A DNA stretch of 64,000 nucleotides from Candidatus Latescibacterota bacterium (GCA_965200315.1 OZ241362.1:3008001-3072000); one strand, 5' to 3'. Positions 9,759 through 20,292 are shown, counted from the stretch's first letter. Notes: generated from the sequence alone by a model not told the origin. Numbers and translations are program-made.

Positions 9759-10355
9759 ATGAATACACTCGTAGATCCCTCCCTAGCCAAAGAATTGGCC
9801 GAGGGTACACCAACCCAGAAAGTCGATGCTTTGTTCGCGTACATGGAACGGCGGGGCCAGTCCTTTTACGACGAAGTCGTGACCCAGCTCGAACACGCCC
9901 TGCAATGCGCCCACCAAGCCCAACAGGCCGGGGCTGATTCGGTGCAAGTGGCAGCGGCCCTGCTGCACGACCTCGGTCATTTCCTAGTCGATGAGCACAG
10001 CGAAGAGGCCGATTTCCTCACCGAGGATTTACTGCACGAAAAAGTGGGAGCTGAGTACTTGGAGCCCTTTTTCATAGACGCAGTGACCGAGCCGGTTGGG
10101 CTGCACGTGCCGGCCAAGCGCTATATCTGCACCGTGGATAGGTCTTATTACCAGACCTTGTCTCGGGCGTCCAAGCGGAGTTTTGAGTTGCAGGGCGGCT
10201 TCATGTCGGCCGCAGAAAAGGCGGAGTTTGAACAGAATCCCCACTGGGAAAATGCCGTGCGGTTGCGCAAGTGGGACGACTTGGCCAAGGAGAAGGACCT
10301 AAAGATGCCGGGCTTGGAGAGCTATCGGGCGGCCGTGCAGGGGTGTTTGAAGTAA
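9759..10355 (+). CDS. HD-domain protein, PhnZ/TmpB-like phosphonate oxygenase family
   Basis: VTQLEHALQCA, AALLHDLGH, HEKVGA, LHVPAKRY, SFELQGG, LRKWDDLAK. Confidence 0.8.
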   Translation: MNTLVDPSLAKELAEGTPTQKVDALFAYMERRGQSFYDEVVTQLEHALQCAHQAQQAGADSVQVAAALLHDLGHFLVDEHSEEADFLTEDLLHEKVGAEYLEPFFIDAVTEPVGLHVPAKRYICTVDRSYYQTLSRASKRSFELQGGFMSAAEKAEFEQNPHWENAVRLRKWDDLAKEKDLKMPGLESYRAAVQGCLK

Positions 10356-10374
10356 TCGCAGATCATGCCCTAAC

Positions 10375-13300
10375 TCATTTGATCAACGACACCTTGCGCT
10401 CCTGCACCATATCGCCCGTCTGCAAGCGCACAAGGTACACCCCGCTGGCGTTCTTGCCAGCGTCCCAGTGCATCCGGTAAGACCCTGGTTCCCGCCACGC
10501 CGCTACCAGCGTTTTCACCCGCTGTCCAGTCGGGCCGAAAACTTCCAGCCGCACCTTGCCGGCCTGCCCCACGCTAAAATTGATATGCACCCGGCTGTTG
10601 AATGGGTTGGGATAAGGCAGATGTAGCTCCGCTTTTTGCGGCGTACTCTCCCCAGCTTGTAAGGCAGTGGCTGCGTCCTTCCCCACAAACACCTTTACGT
10701 AGCCGTCCGTAGTCGTCACCACCACATCCAAAAAGCCGTCTCTATCCACGTCGGCTAGGGCGATATCGCTGCTGCGACCCTCCACCTCGAGGGTCCAAGC
10801 CCGGCGCAAGGTGCCTTCTTCCTGTTCCACGCAGATCAACTTGGTGCCGCTGCCAAACAGGAACTCGTCGCGCCCATCGCCGTCCACATCGCCGGAGACC
10901 ACATCCGTATGGGCCCGCACTCCATCGTCGAATTCCAGCAAAACCGCGCCGTCCGTCGCTTGGAAAAGGCGCATGCCCTCGGCGGTGGAAGCTAGTAATT
11001 CGACGGTGCCATCGCCATTGCTGTCGCCCACTCCCATCAGCGATCGCACTTCCGTATTGTTGCGGTACGGAGTCTGCCAGATGCGCTCGCCATCGCCGTC
11101 CAGAACGGCGCTCAAATAGCTGCAGTGCCCCCAGAGGAGTTCCGGCTGGCTGTCGCCGAACAGATCGACCACCGCCGGAAACGCATAGCCGACAAAGGAA
11201 TCGCTCTCAAACAGCGGATTGAGTCCGTTGGTGTATCCATAAGCCTGACGCACCACCTGCGCCGTGCCCGTGACCCCATCGACAATGTGCAGCCGGTCGG
11301 GCCACATCACCACGATTTCTTCTAGGCCGTCGCCATCCACATCCCCCGCCGCGCTGGGATGCCCCCCCAGACTGCGGCCGCTGCCGTCCTCGGGCAGGGT
11401 GAAACCATTGGATTCCCAAACGATTTCGCCGCTGCGCCCATCGAGCAAAAAGCCCACTTCGCTGCCCAACTTGCCGCGCCGCAAACTGGCGAATACATCC
11501 ATGTACTCGTTGCTGCGGAAATACCCGACGCTCCAGTAGGACAGGCCGCTGAAGTTCCATATCGGCATACTGCCGTCAAAGCCGACGAACTCGGTTTGCC
11601 AACGGACGGAGCCATCGGCCGCGAGCGCGACTAAGCTGGCGTTGCCACTGGCCGCCTCACGCGCTGCGAGCACTTCTCGTTGGCCGTCGGCATCCACGTC
11701 GGCGGCAACGACTCCCCAGTGGTAGGGCGCGTTGTTGGTCTGGCCGTAGCCCGGCACCTGCCACCGCAATCGGGGCTCGCCCCCGCCCTCCCCCGCAAAT
11801 TGCAGACACAGCACTTCCCGAGTCGCGGTCTGCACGATCACTTCCACCCGGCCATCCCCCTCCAGATCGGCCACTATCGGCGTACCGGCCGGGGTAAATG
11901 CTTGGCGGCTCCACTGGTGCAGCACGCCCGACGCCTGCTCCAGCATCAGTGCTTGATTAGGGAGCCCACTCCCCTTCAGATACAGCAAGGCCGCTCCATT
12001 GTCCGCTACCCTTGCCGTCTCCAAGGCCGTCCCGGCCGGACCGCGCACCGACCAGCGCGGTCCGATGCGTCCCGCGCTGTCGCTACCCAAAGCGACCAAC
12101 ACTTCGCCTGCCTCGTCCGGCGCGAGGGCAAAGAAATCGCGTCGTCCATCGCCATCCACATCGCCGGTCGAAACCGTGCGCAATCCGTCGGCAGCCCCGG
12201 TGCTCACCGTCAAGGGCAATTGATTTAGCAATACCGTGCTGAAGCGCCCCCGATCGTGGCTCCAGCGCACGGTTGCCGCCCCCGCCTCTAAGGACCAGAC
12301 CGCCAGCGGCGCATAGGTCGGCAGGGCCTCGCCAGCCGTGGCCGAGACGAACAGCTCCAAGCGGCCATCGCCGTCCACATCGGCCATACCGTGCAAATGG
12401 TGCTGTGGGAAATCAAAGCTGGTCTCGCCGCTGAGCGCATCAACGCCGACGATGTGCCACTGGCCATCGCCTTGGTCGTTATAAATGCTATACACCAACT
12501 CGAAGCGGCCATCGCCATCCACATCGACTAGGGCCTGCGGTTTGGGCCGCACCACCTTGGTCGATTGCGCTGGATCGGGCTGAATGTCGCGCAGCCAGCG
12601 CAGCGTCAATTCCGTGCCGTCGTTGTCAATGACCTCGGCGTGCATGCTGAAATCGGCCACTACGCCGAATTCGGGATACGGATCGTCGTCGATATTGGCG
12701 GCCCCGAACCATCCATAGTTGCGATACCCGTGGTACTGCAACTGCATCTTGGTCTCCCCGGTGGCCCCGTCGAAAACGAGGATGCGGTAGTGGGTGGCTA
12801 CGACGATATCGAGCTGGCCATCTACATCGACGTCAATCACGAGAACATTGGGGTCCCAAGTATTGGTAAAGGATTCGGTTTCCCACACGACCCGGGGTTC
12901 GCCGCTGTCGTATGCGAGCAGTTGGCCTTGCTTGGGCTCGGCCCCGCCGTCGCTGAACGAGTTTCCCATCTCAAAGCGCTGCAAGCCCTCTACCCCGGGC
13001 AGGATCTGGGCCACTTTGAAGACATTGTCCAGCGGCATGACCACCTCGACGCCGCCGAGGTCAAAAATCTGTGTCCCAATCCCCCAGGCCCGCCCTTGGG
13101 TGCCGATGTACTCGGGAGCTACCGGGGCGGCAAAAGGCAAGGCCCCCGAGGCGTGGCCCTCGTGCTGGGCCACTTCCACATAGCCCTCCCAGGCAGCGAT
13201 GTCGTAGCGCCAGCGTTCTTGCGGCGGGCCGTGGTGCATTTGACCGGCCCCCGAGGCCCGGCCGCTCATGTGGCGGTCGCCGCGCAATTGCAGCCATTCG

Positions 13301-13398
13301 CTCGTTTGCCCGTGCGCCCCGCCCACCAGCATCAGCAATAGCAAGACCATGGCCGACGCATGCGCTCTACTGCCGTTGGAAAACCTGTCATTGGCCAT
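10375..13398 (-). CDS. Secreted FG-GAP/VCBS beta-propeller protein with C-terminal FlgD-Ig/T9SS-like sorting domain
   Basis: Many DVDGDGxxE repeats; C-terminal PYPNPFNS...ASGVYLVRL; signal peptide from ATG 13398. Confidence 0.85.
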   Translation of the reverse strand: MANDRFSNGSRAHASAMVLLLLMLVGGAHGQTSEWLQLRGDRHMSGRASGAGQMHHGPPQERWRYDIAAWEGYVEVAQHEGHASGALPFAAPVAPEYIGTQGRAWGIGTQIFDLGGVEVVMPLDNVFKVAQILPGVEGLQRFEMGNSFSDGGAEPKQGQLLAYDSGEPRVVWETESFTNTWDPNVLVIDVDVDGQLDIVVATHYRILVFDGATGETKMQLQYHGYRNYGWFGAANIDDDPYPEFGVVADFSMHAEVIDNDGTELTLRWLRDIQPDPAQSTKVVRPKPQALVDVDGDGRFELVYSIYNDQGDGQWHIVGVDALSGETSFDFPQHHLHGMADVDGDGRLELFVSATAGEALPTYAPLAVWSLEAGAATVRWSHDRGRFSTVLLNQLPLTVSTGAADGLRTVSTGDVDGDGRRDFFALAPDEAGEVLVALGSDSAGRIGPRWSVRGPAGTALETARVADNGAALLYLKGSGLPNQALMLEQASGVLHQWSRQAFTPAGTPIVADLEGDGRVEVIVQTATREVLCLQFAGEGGGEPRLRWQVPGYGQTNNAPYHWGVVAADVDADGQREVLAAREAASGNASLVALAADGSVRWQTEFVGFDGSMPIWNFSGLSYWSVGYFRSNEYMDVFASLRRGKLGSEVGFLLDGRSGEIVWESNGFTLPEDGSGRSLGGHPSAAGDVDGDGLEEIVVMWPDRLHIVDGVTGTAQVVRQAYGYTNGLNPLFESDSFVGYAFPAVVDLFGDSQPELLWGHCSYLSAVLDGDGERIWQTPYRNNTEVRSLMGVGDSNGDGTVELLASTAEGMRLFQATDGAVLLEFDDGVRAHTDVVSGDVDGDGRDEFLFGSGTKLICVEQEEGTLRRAWTLEVEGRSSDIALADVDRDGFLDVVVTTTDGYVKVFVGKDAATALQAGESTPQKAELHLPYPNPFNSRVHINFSVGQAGKVRLEVFGPTGQRVKTLVAAWREPGSYRMHWDAGKNASGVYLVRLQTGDMVQERKVSLIK

Positions 13399-13473
13399 AG
13401 CATTTCCTAGGTATAGCCATGAAACTGCAATCATAGAGACCAGAAACCATGCAAGTCAATCTGCAACGGCTGC
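13363..13473 (-). promoter_or_regulatory. Duplicated promoter/5'UTR/signal-peptide block, copy 1
   Basis: Homologous to 17170-17282; TTGACT-18-TATGAT on the minus strand. Confidence 0.7.
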
Positions 13474-13583
13474 GCCGCGATGGCGACTTAATTCTGAAAT
13501 GCACTGGCCGCCTTTGATGCCTCGTGCAGCAGCCGGAGCGCCTGCGGTTATGCGGAGCCGAGATCAATCATCCTTCTCTTTGG

Positions 13584-15066
13584 TCATCTCGCTGCTTTGA
13601 GCCCTAGGAGCACCAGTAGCCACGTCTTGTGCCAGTAGGCACTGTTGATATAAGGGTTTTCTTCCGAAGGCCAGTTGGTCCAGTAGGTCTGGTTGTGGGG
13701 AATTCGATGGTACCACTGGACTAGAGGGATGGCGGGCAACTCGCGCAACCAGATGTCCATGGCGGCGCGAAACAGCTCCGCCAGTTTCGGATCATCTGGC
13801 GGTGTGCGTCCCATGCGGTCCACCAGTTGATCGAACTCGGCATTGCGCCAGCGCCAGTAGCGCTCGGAGTGGGTTCCGGTGGGTTGGACGTAGCGGCTGT
13901 GAAAAAAATTGAGCGTGAAGTAGGGATCGCGAATGGAACCGACGCTTCCCATCATAAAGGCCCTTGCAGTTCCCTGCGCCATGCGCGTTATGCTATCGGC
14001 TGTCATGCGCGAGCTTGCATCGAACCCGGCGCGCCTGAGTTGTGCCACTAGTACCGGTGCCAGATCTTGATGCACGGTGCCGATGTCAATGGGGATCTTG
14101 AAGCGAGCACCGCCCTGCGCCCAGAATCCGTTCTCATCCCGTCTCCATCCCTTGGCCCTCATTATAGCAGCCGTCCGAGCCGTGTCGTAAGTCGCCACGC
14201 CGTACTTTTCCACTAGCGGCGCGACCTCGTTGAGGTATGGTCGCAGCGCCGGGAAACTGGGAAAGGGCAGAAAATTCGCTTTCCCGGCTGCCTGCCAGCC
14301 AACTTCCACCAGCTCCTCGCGGTTGATGGCGTGATTGATGGCGTGGCGGATCTGCGCATCGCTGAAGGGCTCCTCTAGGTTGTTGAACCCGAGGTTGACC
14401 GGCCACCAATCGACATACCCATAGGGCAGCGCGTCACCTGTCCAGGAAACGATGTTGGCATTCTCATCGAGGGCCGTCTTGATATTGGGGGGGCGCAGGT
14501 CCAGAGAGATGTCGATGTCGTTGCTGATTAAGGCCTGAACTCGCTTGGCCTCGTCCATATAGGGGAGAAAGATGAGTTGCTCGACTTCGGGCAAGGCGCG
14601 GAAGCCGATCGCGGCCGCCCACCAGTCATCTCTCCGGGCGAGAATGCGCTGCTGCGGAACCGACAGACTGAGGCGATAGGGACCGCTGACTACCGGCTGT
14701 CCCGCGCCACAGCAATTCTCAAAGGTTTTGGGATCTTCGCCCTCCCAGACGTGCTTGGGAACAACCACGATCCCGTTGAAGAAGCAGTTTGTCAGATAGT
14801 TGAATACAAAGCGCGGGTTGGGCTGCTTGAGCACGAACCGCGCTGTCAGCTCGTCTTCTACCTCCACGCGCTCAACCGAGGTCTCCATGTCGGTGGACAG
14901 AAACAGTTCGGGGGCATTCTCCTTGAGGGTTGCGACCGTATAGGCCAAATCCGCGGCGGTCCACGGCGTGCCGTCGCTCCACGTTACACCCGGCCGGATG
15001 TGAACCGTGACCTGCGTGAAATCGTGGTTGTACTCGTGTCCGGTGGCGATCCATGGGATGAGCGCC
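13584..15066 (-). pseudogene. ABC transporter family-5 substrate-binding protein, N-terminally truncated
   Basis: Frame extends upstream of the listed ORF (LIPWIATGHEYNHDFTQVTVHIRPGVTWSDGTPWTAADLAYT) to about 15066, where the sequence switches to TPR coding; no signal peptide or start of its own. Confidence 0.7.
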
Positions 15067-15508
15067 CTCTCTCGTGGTCGGGGTCGAGTTTTAGGCTATG
15101 CTGCAACAATTCCTTGGCCTCCAGCGCCTTCCCCTGCTTTTCGTAGAGAAGCCAGCCGAGCCTGGCCAAGGGATCCGCTAGGGTTGGATCCAGCTCTGCT
15201 GCTCTGCGAAAGCGGCCCTCGGCCTCTGCAAAGCGGCTGAGCTCCACTAGGGCTGCGCCGAGCAAATTGTTGAGTTGGGCGTGATCAGGGGCGACCTCCA
15301 AGGCTTCTCTGAGGATTCGTTCCGCTTCCTCGGGCTGCCGCACATTGAGCAGATCATGCGCCTTGTCGATGGCCGCCGCTGCAGCAAGGGGGGCCGTTCC
15401 AACCTCCGCAGTCTGAGGGGCGGGCTGTTCTTCTTGGTGGCTGCAGCCAGCTAAAACGAGGATCATCTTGAATAACAGCAAGGTGCCTAGCGGTTGTCGT
15501 CGCCTCAT
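14984..15508 (-). CDS. TPR-repeat lipoprotein, C-terminally truncated at about 15067
   Basis: LAGC lipobox; TPR repeats (ALEVAPDHAQLNNLLG, AAELDPTLADPLARLG); the tail is an alternative frame of SBP sequence. Confidence 0.7.
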   Translation of the reverse strand: MRRRQPLGTLLLFKMILVLAGCSHQEEQPAPQTAEVGTAPLAAAAAIDKAHDLLNVRQPEEAERILREALEVAPDHAQLNNLLGAALVELSRFAEAEGRFRRAAELDPTLADPLARLGWLLYEKQGKALEAKELLQHSLKLDPDHERGRSSHGSPPDTSTTTISRRSRFTSGRV

Positions 15509-17205
15509 TCTGGTCTCATCCTCTCCCCATCTCCTCGGGCTGTGAGTCCGTCTTGGTAGTGGATCAGATAGAGACGATCTGCGGTCAGGTTCTGATAGTG
15601 CTGCACCAGCCCGGAAGGCCAGCGCACCTCCAAGCGGTCCACAAGGCGCGCCGTTCCCAGCCCGATGAAGAGGCGCGGGTCGTTTTGCCCCATAAACCCG
15701 TCGCCGCTGAATACTTGGCGATGCTGCTCGCGGCCCCCCGAGCGCACTAGGACATGGGCACCAATCCCGCGGCGATTTCCAGGCGGACCGTGCAGGTCTA
15801 ATCCGAGCCAGTGATGGATGCGGTCGCCGTCATTGCGCAGTAAGCTTGGTGGCGCGTCGAGATTGGCCACTACAATATCGGGATCGCCGTCGCCATCGAG
15901 GTCGCCATGGATTGCGCCGCGACTCACCTTCGCCAAGCCAAACCCAGAGCCAGCGCGCCCGCTGACTTCTGTAAATCTGCTGCCCCCGTCATTGCGGTAT
16001 AACTGGTTTGTCTGCGCGTAGAGTAACCCGCTACCGGCGTGGTCAATGGCAGGCATGAGGTGGCCGTTGGCGACGAATAGATCTAGGTCGGTGTCTCCGT
16101 CGCTGTCAAAAAAGAAAGTGGCCCACCCCATGAAAGGGCGGCTGCTGCCGGCTAGCCCTGCTTGGCCACTGATGTCGGTGAAAAATCCGGTGCCTGTATT
16201 CTCGTAGTACGTGTTGTGATCTTGGGAGAAATTGGTGACGAAGATGTCGCACAAGCCATCGCCGTCGCCGTCGCCAAGAGCTACCCCCATCCCAGCTTGA
16301 GATCGGCCATCACCGCTGAAGGCCGCTCCCGACGACGTGCCGACTTCAGCGAATTGCTCGCGACCGTCGTTGCGCAAGAGGGAATTGGCGTGTCCATCGT
16401 TGGACACGTACGCGTCGATATCGCCATCCGCGTCGATATCGCCCCAGGCGACCTGCATGCCATAACGGGGTGGGTCGTCAATCCCCGCAGCCGCGCTCAC
16501 GTCGCTAAAACGGCCGTTTCCGTCGTTGCGGAATAAGACATCTCTTTCTGCTTTGAAGCCGGCTGGACCGCAAGCGGCCTTTATTCCTCTGTGATTACAC
16601 CACTTGTCGTAAAATGGGGGGCCATTCAGCTTGAACTTGATGTAGTTTGCGACGTAGAGATCGAGATCGCCGTCGAGGTCGTAGTCGGCGAATGCCGCGC
16701 CGATGCCCCAGCGATTGTCATCGACGTTGGCGAGCGCAGCGACATCGGTGAAGCGCCCCCCGCCCTCGTTGCGGAGCAAGGCGTTGCGACCCCAGCGCGT
16801 GACGTAGAGATCGTCGTCCCCGTCGAGGTCGTAATCGGCCGGCACGGCCCCCATGCTCCATCCCTGCAAGCCAGCACCGCTACCCGCTGTTGCGTTGGCG
16901 AACTGCCCGCCATCGTTGCGAAATAGGGCGTTTGCCGGCGCTCCCTCTCCTTCGAGGTGAGAACCAATGGTAAAGTACAAATCGGGATCGCCGTCGAGAT
17001 CGTAGTCCCACGTACTTACTCCCGCGGCTTGGGTTTCAATTATGTACTTCTTCTCGGGAGAGCCAGAGACATTGGCAAAGTCAATACCCGACGGCACCTC
17101 GACGAATCGAGTCTCGGCTGCCGCTCTGGTGAGGATTGAGGCCAGCAGCAAAATCACCGCTACCGCATTTGCTCTACTGCCTTTGCAAAGCCTATCATTG
17201 GGCAT
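15505..17205 (-). CDS. CRTAC1 family protein (FG-GAP repeats + ASPIC/UnbV)
   Basis: DYDLDGDxDLY repeats, LFRNDG, C-terminal NRRGIGA...RLFIGLG...VRWPSG. Confidence 0.9.
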   Translation of the reverse strand: MPNDRLCKGSRANAVAVILLLASILTRAAAETRFVEVPSGIDFANVSGSPEKKYIIETQAAGVSTWDYDLDGDPDLYFTIGSHLEGEGAPANALFRNDGGQFANATAGSGAGLQGWSMGAVPADYDLDGDDDLYVTRWGRNALLRNEGGGRFTDVAALANVDDNRWGIGAAFADYDLDGDLDLYVANYIKFKLNGPPFYDKWCNHRGIKAACGPAGFKAERDVLFRNDGNGRFSDVSAAAGIDDPPRYGMQVAWGDIDADGDIDAYVSNDGHANSLLRNDGREQFAEVGTSSGAAFSGDGRSQAGMGVALGDGDGDGLCDIFVTNFSQDHNTYYENTGTGFFTDISGQAGLAGSSRPFMGWATFFFDSDGDTDLDLFVANGHLMPAIDHAGSGLLYAQTNQLYRNDGGSRFTEVSGRAGSGFGLAKVSRGAIHGDLDGDGDPDIVVANLDAPPSLLRNDGDRIHHWLGLDLHGPPGNRRGIGAHVLVRSGGREQHRQVFSGDGFMGQNDPRLFIGLGTARLVDRLEVRWPSGLVQHYQNLTADRLYLIHYQDGLTARGDGERMRPE

Positions 17206-17282
17206 CGCTTTTTCCTTGGTGTCGCCATAAAACAGCGATTATGGAGACTAAAAACCATCGCAAGTCAATCTGCAATGGCTGC
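17170..17282 (-). promoter_or_regulatory. Duplicated promoter/5'UTR/signal-peptide block, copy 2
   Basis: Homologous to 13363-13473; TTGACT-19-CATAAT on the minus strand. Confidence 0.7.
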
Positions 17283-17326
17283 CTCGTTTTTTGCAAACGG
17301 TGTGCATGGGGAAGATGATCCTCCTT

Positions 17327-17351
17327 GGATTCCCGCTTTCTCGGGAATGAC
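17327..17351. repeat. REP/RS3-like palindrome
   Basis: GGATTCCCGCTTTCTCGGGAATGAC (ATTCCC-N8-GGGAAT hairpin), intergenic. Confidence 0.7.
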
Positions 17352-17454
17352 AGAAGGGCTGGCCGTGCGTAATGTCAGTAATTCAGATGAAAAAGCCTTG
17401 GTTGTTCAACGTCGCCCGAAAGTGCATCGCTAGCTAGGGAGCATAGAAAACCAA

Positions 17455-18201
17455 ATGGACCCGCAACCCCTCAAGGGAAAAAACGCCATTGTCACTGGTG
17501 CCGCACGCGGCATAGGCCGCGCCATTGCCCAGCGCCTCGCCGCTGAGGGCGGTCGGGTGGCCATTCTCGATATCGACGCCGACGGCGCGCAACAGACGGC
17601 TGCTGAAATAGGCGGTTCGACCATTGGCCTTGCCGTCAATGTGGCCCAAGCCGCTTCCGTCGCCCGGGCCTTTGCCCAAGTTGCCGACCAGTTGGGCGTC
17701 CTCGACATCTTGGTGAACAACGCCGGCATTGTCGGCACGGACACGCCGGTCAAAGACTTGGCCGAAGACGACTGGGACCGCGTCCTCGACATCAATCTCA
17801 AGGGAACCTTTCTCTGCTCGCGGGCGGCCCTGCGCCACATGTTGCCGCAACACAGCGGGGTCATCTGCTCTATGGCCTCTATCTCCGGCAAAGAGGGCAA
17901 CGCCAATATGGCACCCTACTCTGTATCCAAGGCAGGCGTCATCTGCTTTACCAAGACGCTGGCCAAAGAGGTTTTGGACTGCGGCATCCGCGTCAATTGC
18001 GTAGCTCCGGCCCTGATTGACACGCCGATATTGCAGGGTATGGAGCAGGACCGCGTCGATTTCTTGACCGCCAAAATCCCCCTCGGCCGCTTGGGCCGCC
18101 CCGAAGAGGTGGCGGCGACCATTTTATTTTTAGTGTCCGACGAGTCGACATTTACCACGGGCCAGTGCTTTGACGTGAGCGGCGGCCGGGCGACCTATTG
18201 A
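17455..18201 (+). CDS. SDR family NAD(P)-dependent oxidoreductase
   Basis: TGAARGIG, NNAG, YSVSK (YxxxK). Confidence 0.95.
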   Translation: MDPQPLKGKNAIVTGAARGIGRAIAQRLAAEGGRVAILDIDADGAQQTAAEIGGSTIGLAVNVAQAASVARAFAQVADQLGVLDILVNNAGIVGTDTPVKDLAEDDWDRVLDINLKGTFLCSRAALRHMLPQHSGVICSMASISGKEGNANMAPYSVSKAGVICFTKTLAKEVLDCGIRVNCVAPALIDTPILQGMEQDRVDFLTAKIPLGRLGRPEEVAATILFLVSDESTFTTGQCFDVSGGRATY

Positions 18202-18223
18202 ATGGAGGAAGGATTGCCGTTGC

Positions 18224-19120
18224 TCAGTTCCAATCGAGTGCTAAACCCGTTGTTAGGCTAAAGTCGCTTCCAGCCACTCCCTTGAGCGGATCGCTGTCGT
18301 GCTGGAATGCCACGGACGTAGTCGACGATAGTGCTTTGGTGATCGACACTTTAAAGACCATGTCCCACAAAACTCGATAGTCGTCGAATTGCCGCACCGC
18401 GGGCTGCACATAGGCCGTTCCCGCTAGCTGGGCTACTTCACTGAGCTTAATATCCGCCGACAAGTAGTTGCTCCAGCGGAAAAGAGAGGTTTGAGCCGCA
18501 TGGCTGTCTGCCGCGGTGAGTTCATTTTGTTCGTGCTCAAACATCAACGATGAGCCTAGCCAAAAAGACGATTCGCCCGGAGAGATGAGAGCCCAGCGGA
18601 TGCCGCCGCCGACAAGGCCGCGAAAATCCAAGCGCCGGGATTGGTCGTAATTAATTTGTCCGAAGGCTTCTCCGTGCAGCCGCGAGCCCAAGGCTCGGAC
18701 GTAGCGCAGATGCGCCAGCGCTTCATTGGAAAAACGCTCCTTACCCTCCCAGCCGAGGTCGCCTGAGCCGATAAAAATGAACGTGTCTTCGCCACGGCTG
18801 TAATTGAGGGAAAGCTCGGGACCGCATTCAAATAACTCGACATTGCCAGCCCGCAACGTCAGGTCAATCGCCACGGAACCGAAAAAACCCGCTTGATCGT
18901 CCTGGCGTAGGCTTTCGATATCGACTTGCGCCCACAGGGGATTCGCCAGCCAGACTAAAGCCGCTATCAAGAGGCAATAATGCTGGGTATTAAAGCGCAC
19001 GCTATAAAGTGCCAGTTTGAGCAGACGCGATGGGGCGCTTGCGACCGGTGCGGCGATAGAATGCGGCGATAGAATGCGCAATTCTATCTCGCGATTGCGC
19101 GTCATCCGGCGGCTCCTCAC
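18224..19120 (-). CDS. DUF481 family outer-membrane beta-barrel protein (true start probably further inside the ORF)
   Basis: AQVDIESLR after a signal peptide, amphipathic strands, terminal LALDWN. Confidence 0.7.
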   Translation of the reverse strand: MRSRRMTRNREIELRILSPHSIAAPVASAPSRLLKLALYSVRFNTQHYCLLIAALVWLANPLWAQVDIESLRQDDQAGFFGSVAIDLTLRAGNVELFECGPELSLNYSRGEDTFIFIGSGDLGWEGKERFSNEALAHLRYVRALGSRLHGEAFGQINYDQSRRLDFRGLVGGGIRWALISPGESSFWLGSSLMFEHEQNELTAADSHAAQTSLFRWSNYLSADIKLSEVAQLAGTAYVQPAVRQFDDYRVLWDMVFKVSITKALSSTTSVAFQHDSDPLKGVAGSDFSLTTGLALDWN

Positions 19121-20292
19121 GACAGCTCCCGCTCGGGATCGACGTCTGCCGAGTAGTCAATGCCCGCAAAGCCAAAACCGAAAAGCCCTAGAAACTCGGA
19201 TCGATAATTATCGATGTCGGACAGGGCTTCAAGATTGTCAGTATGGACCTGCTCCCACAGCGCAGCGACTTCCCGTTGCACGTCTTCGCGCATTTCGCGG
19301 TCGTCGATGCGGATGCGACCCTCGGCGTCAGTAGAGGCATCTGCATAGAGGCAATCGGCATAGAGGCGGTGCATCTGCTCGATGCAGTTTTCGTGGCAGC
19401 CCTTTTCCTTCATCACCTTGTACAGCAGCGAGATGTAGAGCGGCACGACGGGAATGGCAGCGCTCGATTGGGTCACCATAGCCTTGTTGACAGAGATATG
19501 GGCACTGCCGCTTCTGGCTTGCAGATGTTCGTCGAGGACCTTGGCCGTCTTTTCTAGATGATCCTTGGCTTGGCCGATGGTCCCGTCTCGGTAGACCGGA
19601 TGGGTAGTTTCAGGGCCGATGTAGGTATAAGCGATCGTGCGTACGCCGTCGGCGAGCACCCCCGCTTCGTCGAGGGCTTCGATCCATAGCTGCCAGTCTT
19701 CCCCGCCCATGACCGCGATGGTGTGGGCAATCTCTTCCTCGCTCGCCGGGTCGATGGCAATGTCGGAAACCTCGCCGGTTTGGACGTGGACGGTCTTGTT
19801 GGTATAGGTGCCGCCGATGGGCTTGAGGACGGAGCTGAAATTCTCGCCGGTGTGCGGATGCGTCCGCCGCGGCGATGCTAAGCTGTAAACGATTAAATCG
19901 ACTTTTTGCAGGTCCTCGCCGATGGCGGCGATGGTCGAGGTCTTGATCTCGTCGGAGAAAGCATCGCCGTTGATGCTGCGGGCGTAATAGCCGGCGTTGC
20001 GCGCAGCCTCGTGAAAGGCCGCGCTATTGTACCACCCAGCCGATGCCGTGCGGTTGCCGGCTGCTGGCCGCTCGAAGAAGACCCCAAGCGTGGCCGCACC
20101 TGCGCCAAAGCAGGTGGCAATGCGCGACGCCAGCCCGTAGCCGGTCGAAGCGCCGACCACGAGGACTTTCTTGGGGCCGTCGAAGGGAGATTGGCGTTTG
20201 ACCCAATCAATCTGGTCTTGGACGGCGCGGGCGCAGCCGTCGGGATGAGCCGTAGTGCAGATAAAGCCGCGAACTTTGGGTTGGATGATCAT
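19117..20292 (-). CDS. fabV: Enoyl-ACP reductase FabV / trans-2-enoyl-CoA reductase
   Basis: MIIQPKVRGFICTTAHPDGC, GASTGYGLASRI, YSLASPRR, VMGGEDW, FLGLFGF. Confidence 0.97.
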   Translation of the reverse strand: MIIQPKVRGFICTTAHPDGCARAVQDQIDWVKRQSPFDGPKKVLVVGASTGYGLASRIATCFGAGAATLGVFFERPAAGNRTASAGWYNSAAFHEAARNAGYYARSINGDAFSDEIKTSTIAAIGEDLQKVDLIVYSLASPRRTHPHTGENFSSVLKPIGGTYTNKTVHVQTGEVSDIAIDPASEEEIAHTIAVMGGEDWQLWIEALDEAGVLADGVRTIAYTYIGPETTHPVYRDGTIGQAKDHLEKTAKVLDEHLQARSGSAHISVNKAMVTQSSAAIPVVPLYISLLYKVMKEKGCHENCIEQMHRLYADCLYADASTDAEGRIRIDDREMREDVQREVAALWEQVHTDNLEALSDIDNYRSEFLGLFGFGFAGIDYSADVDPERELS

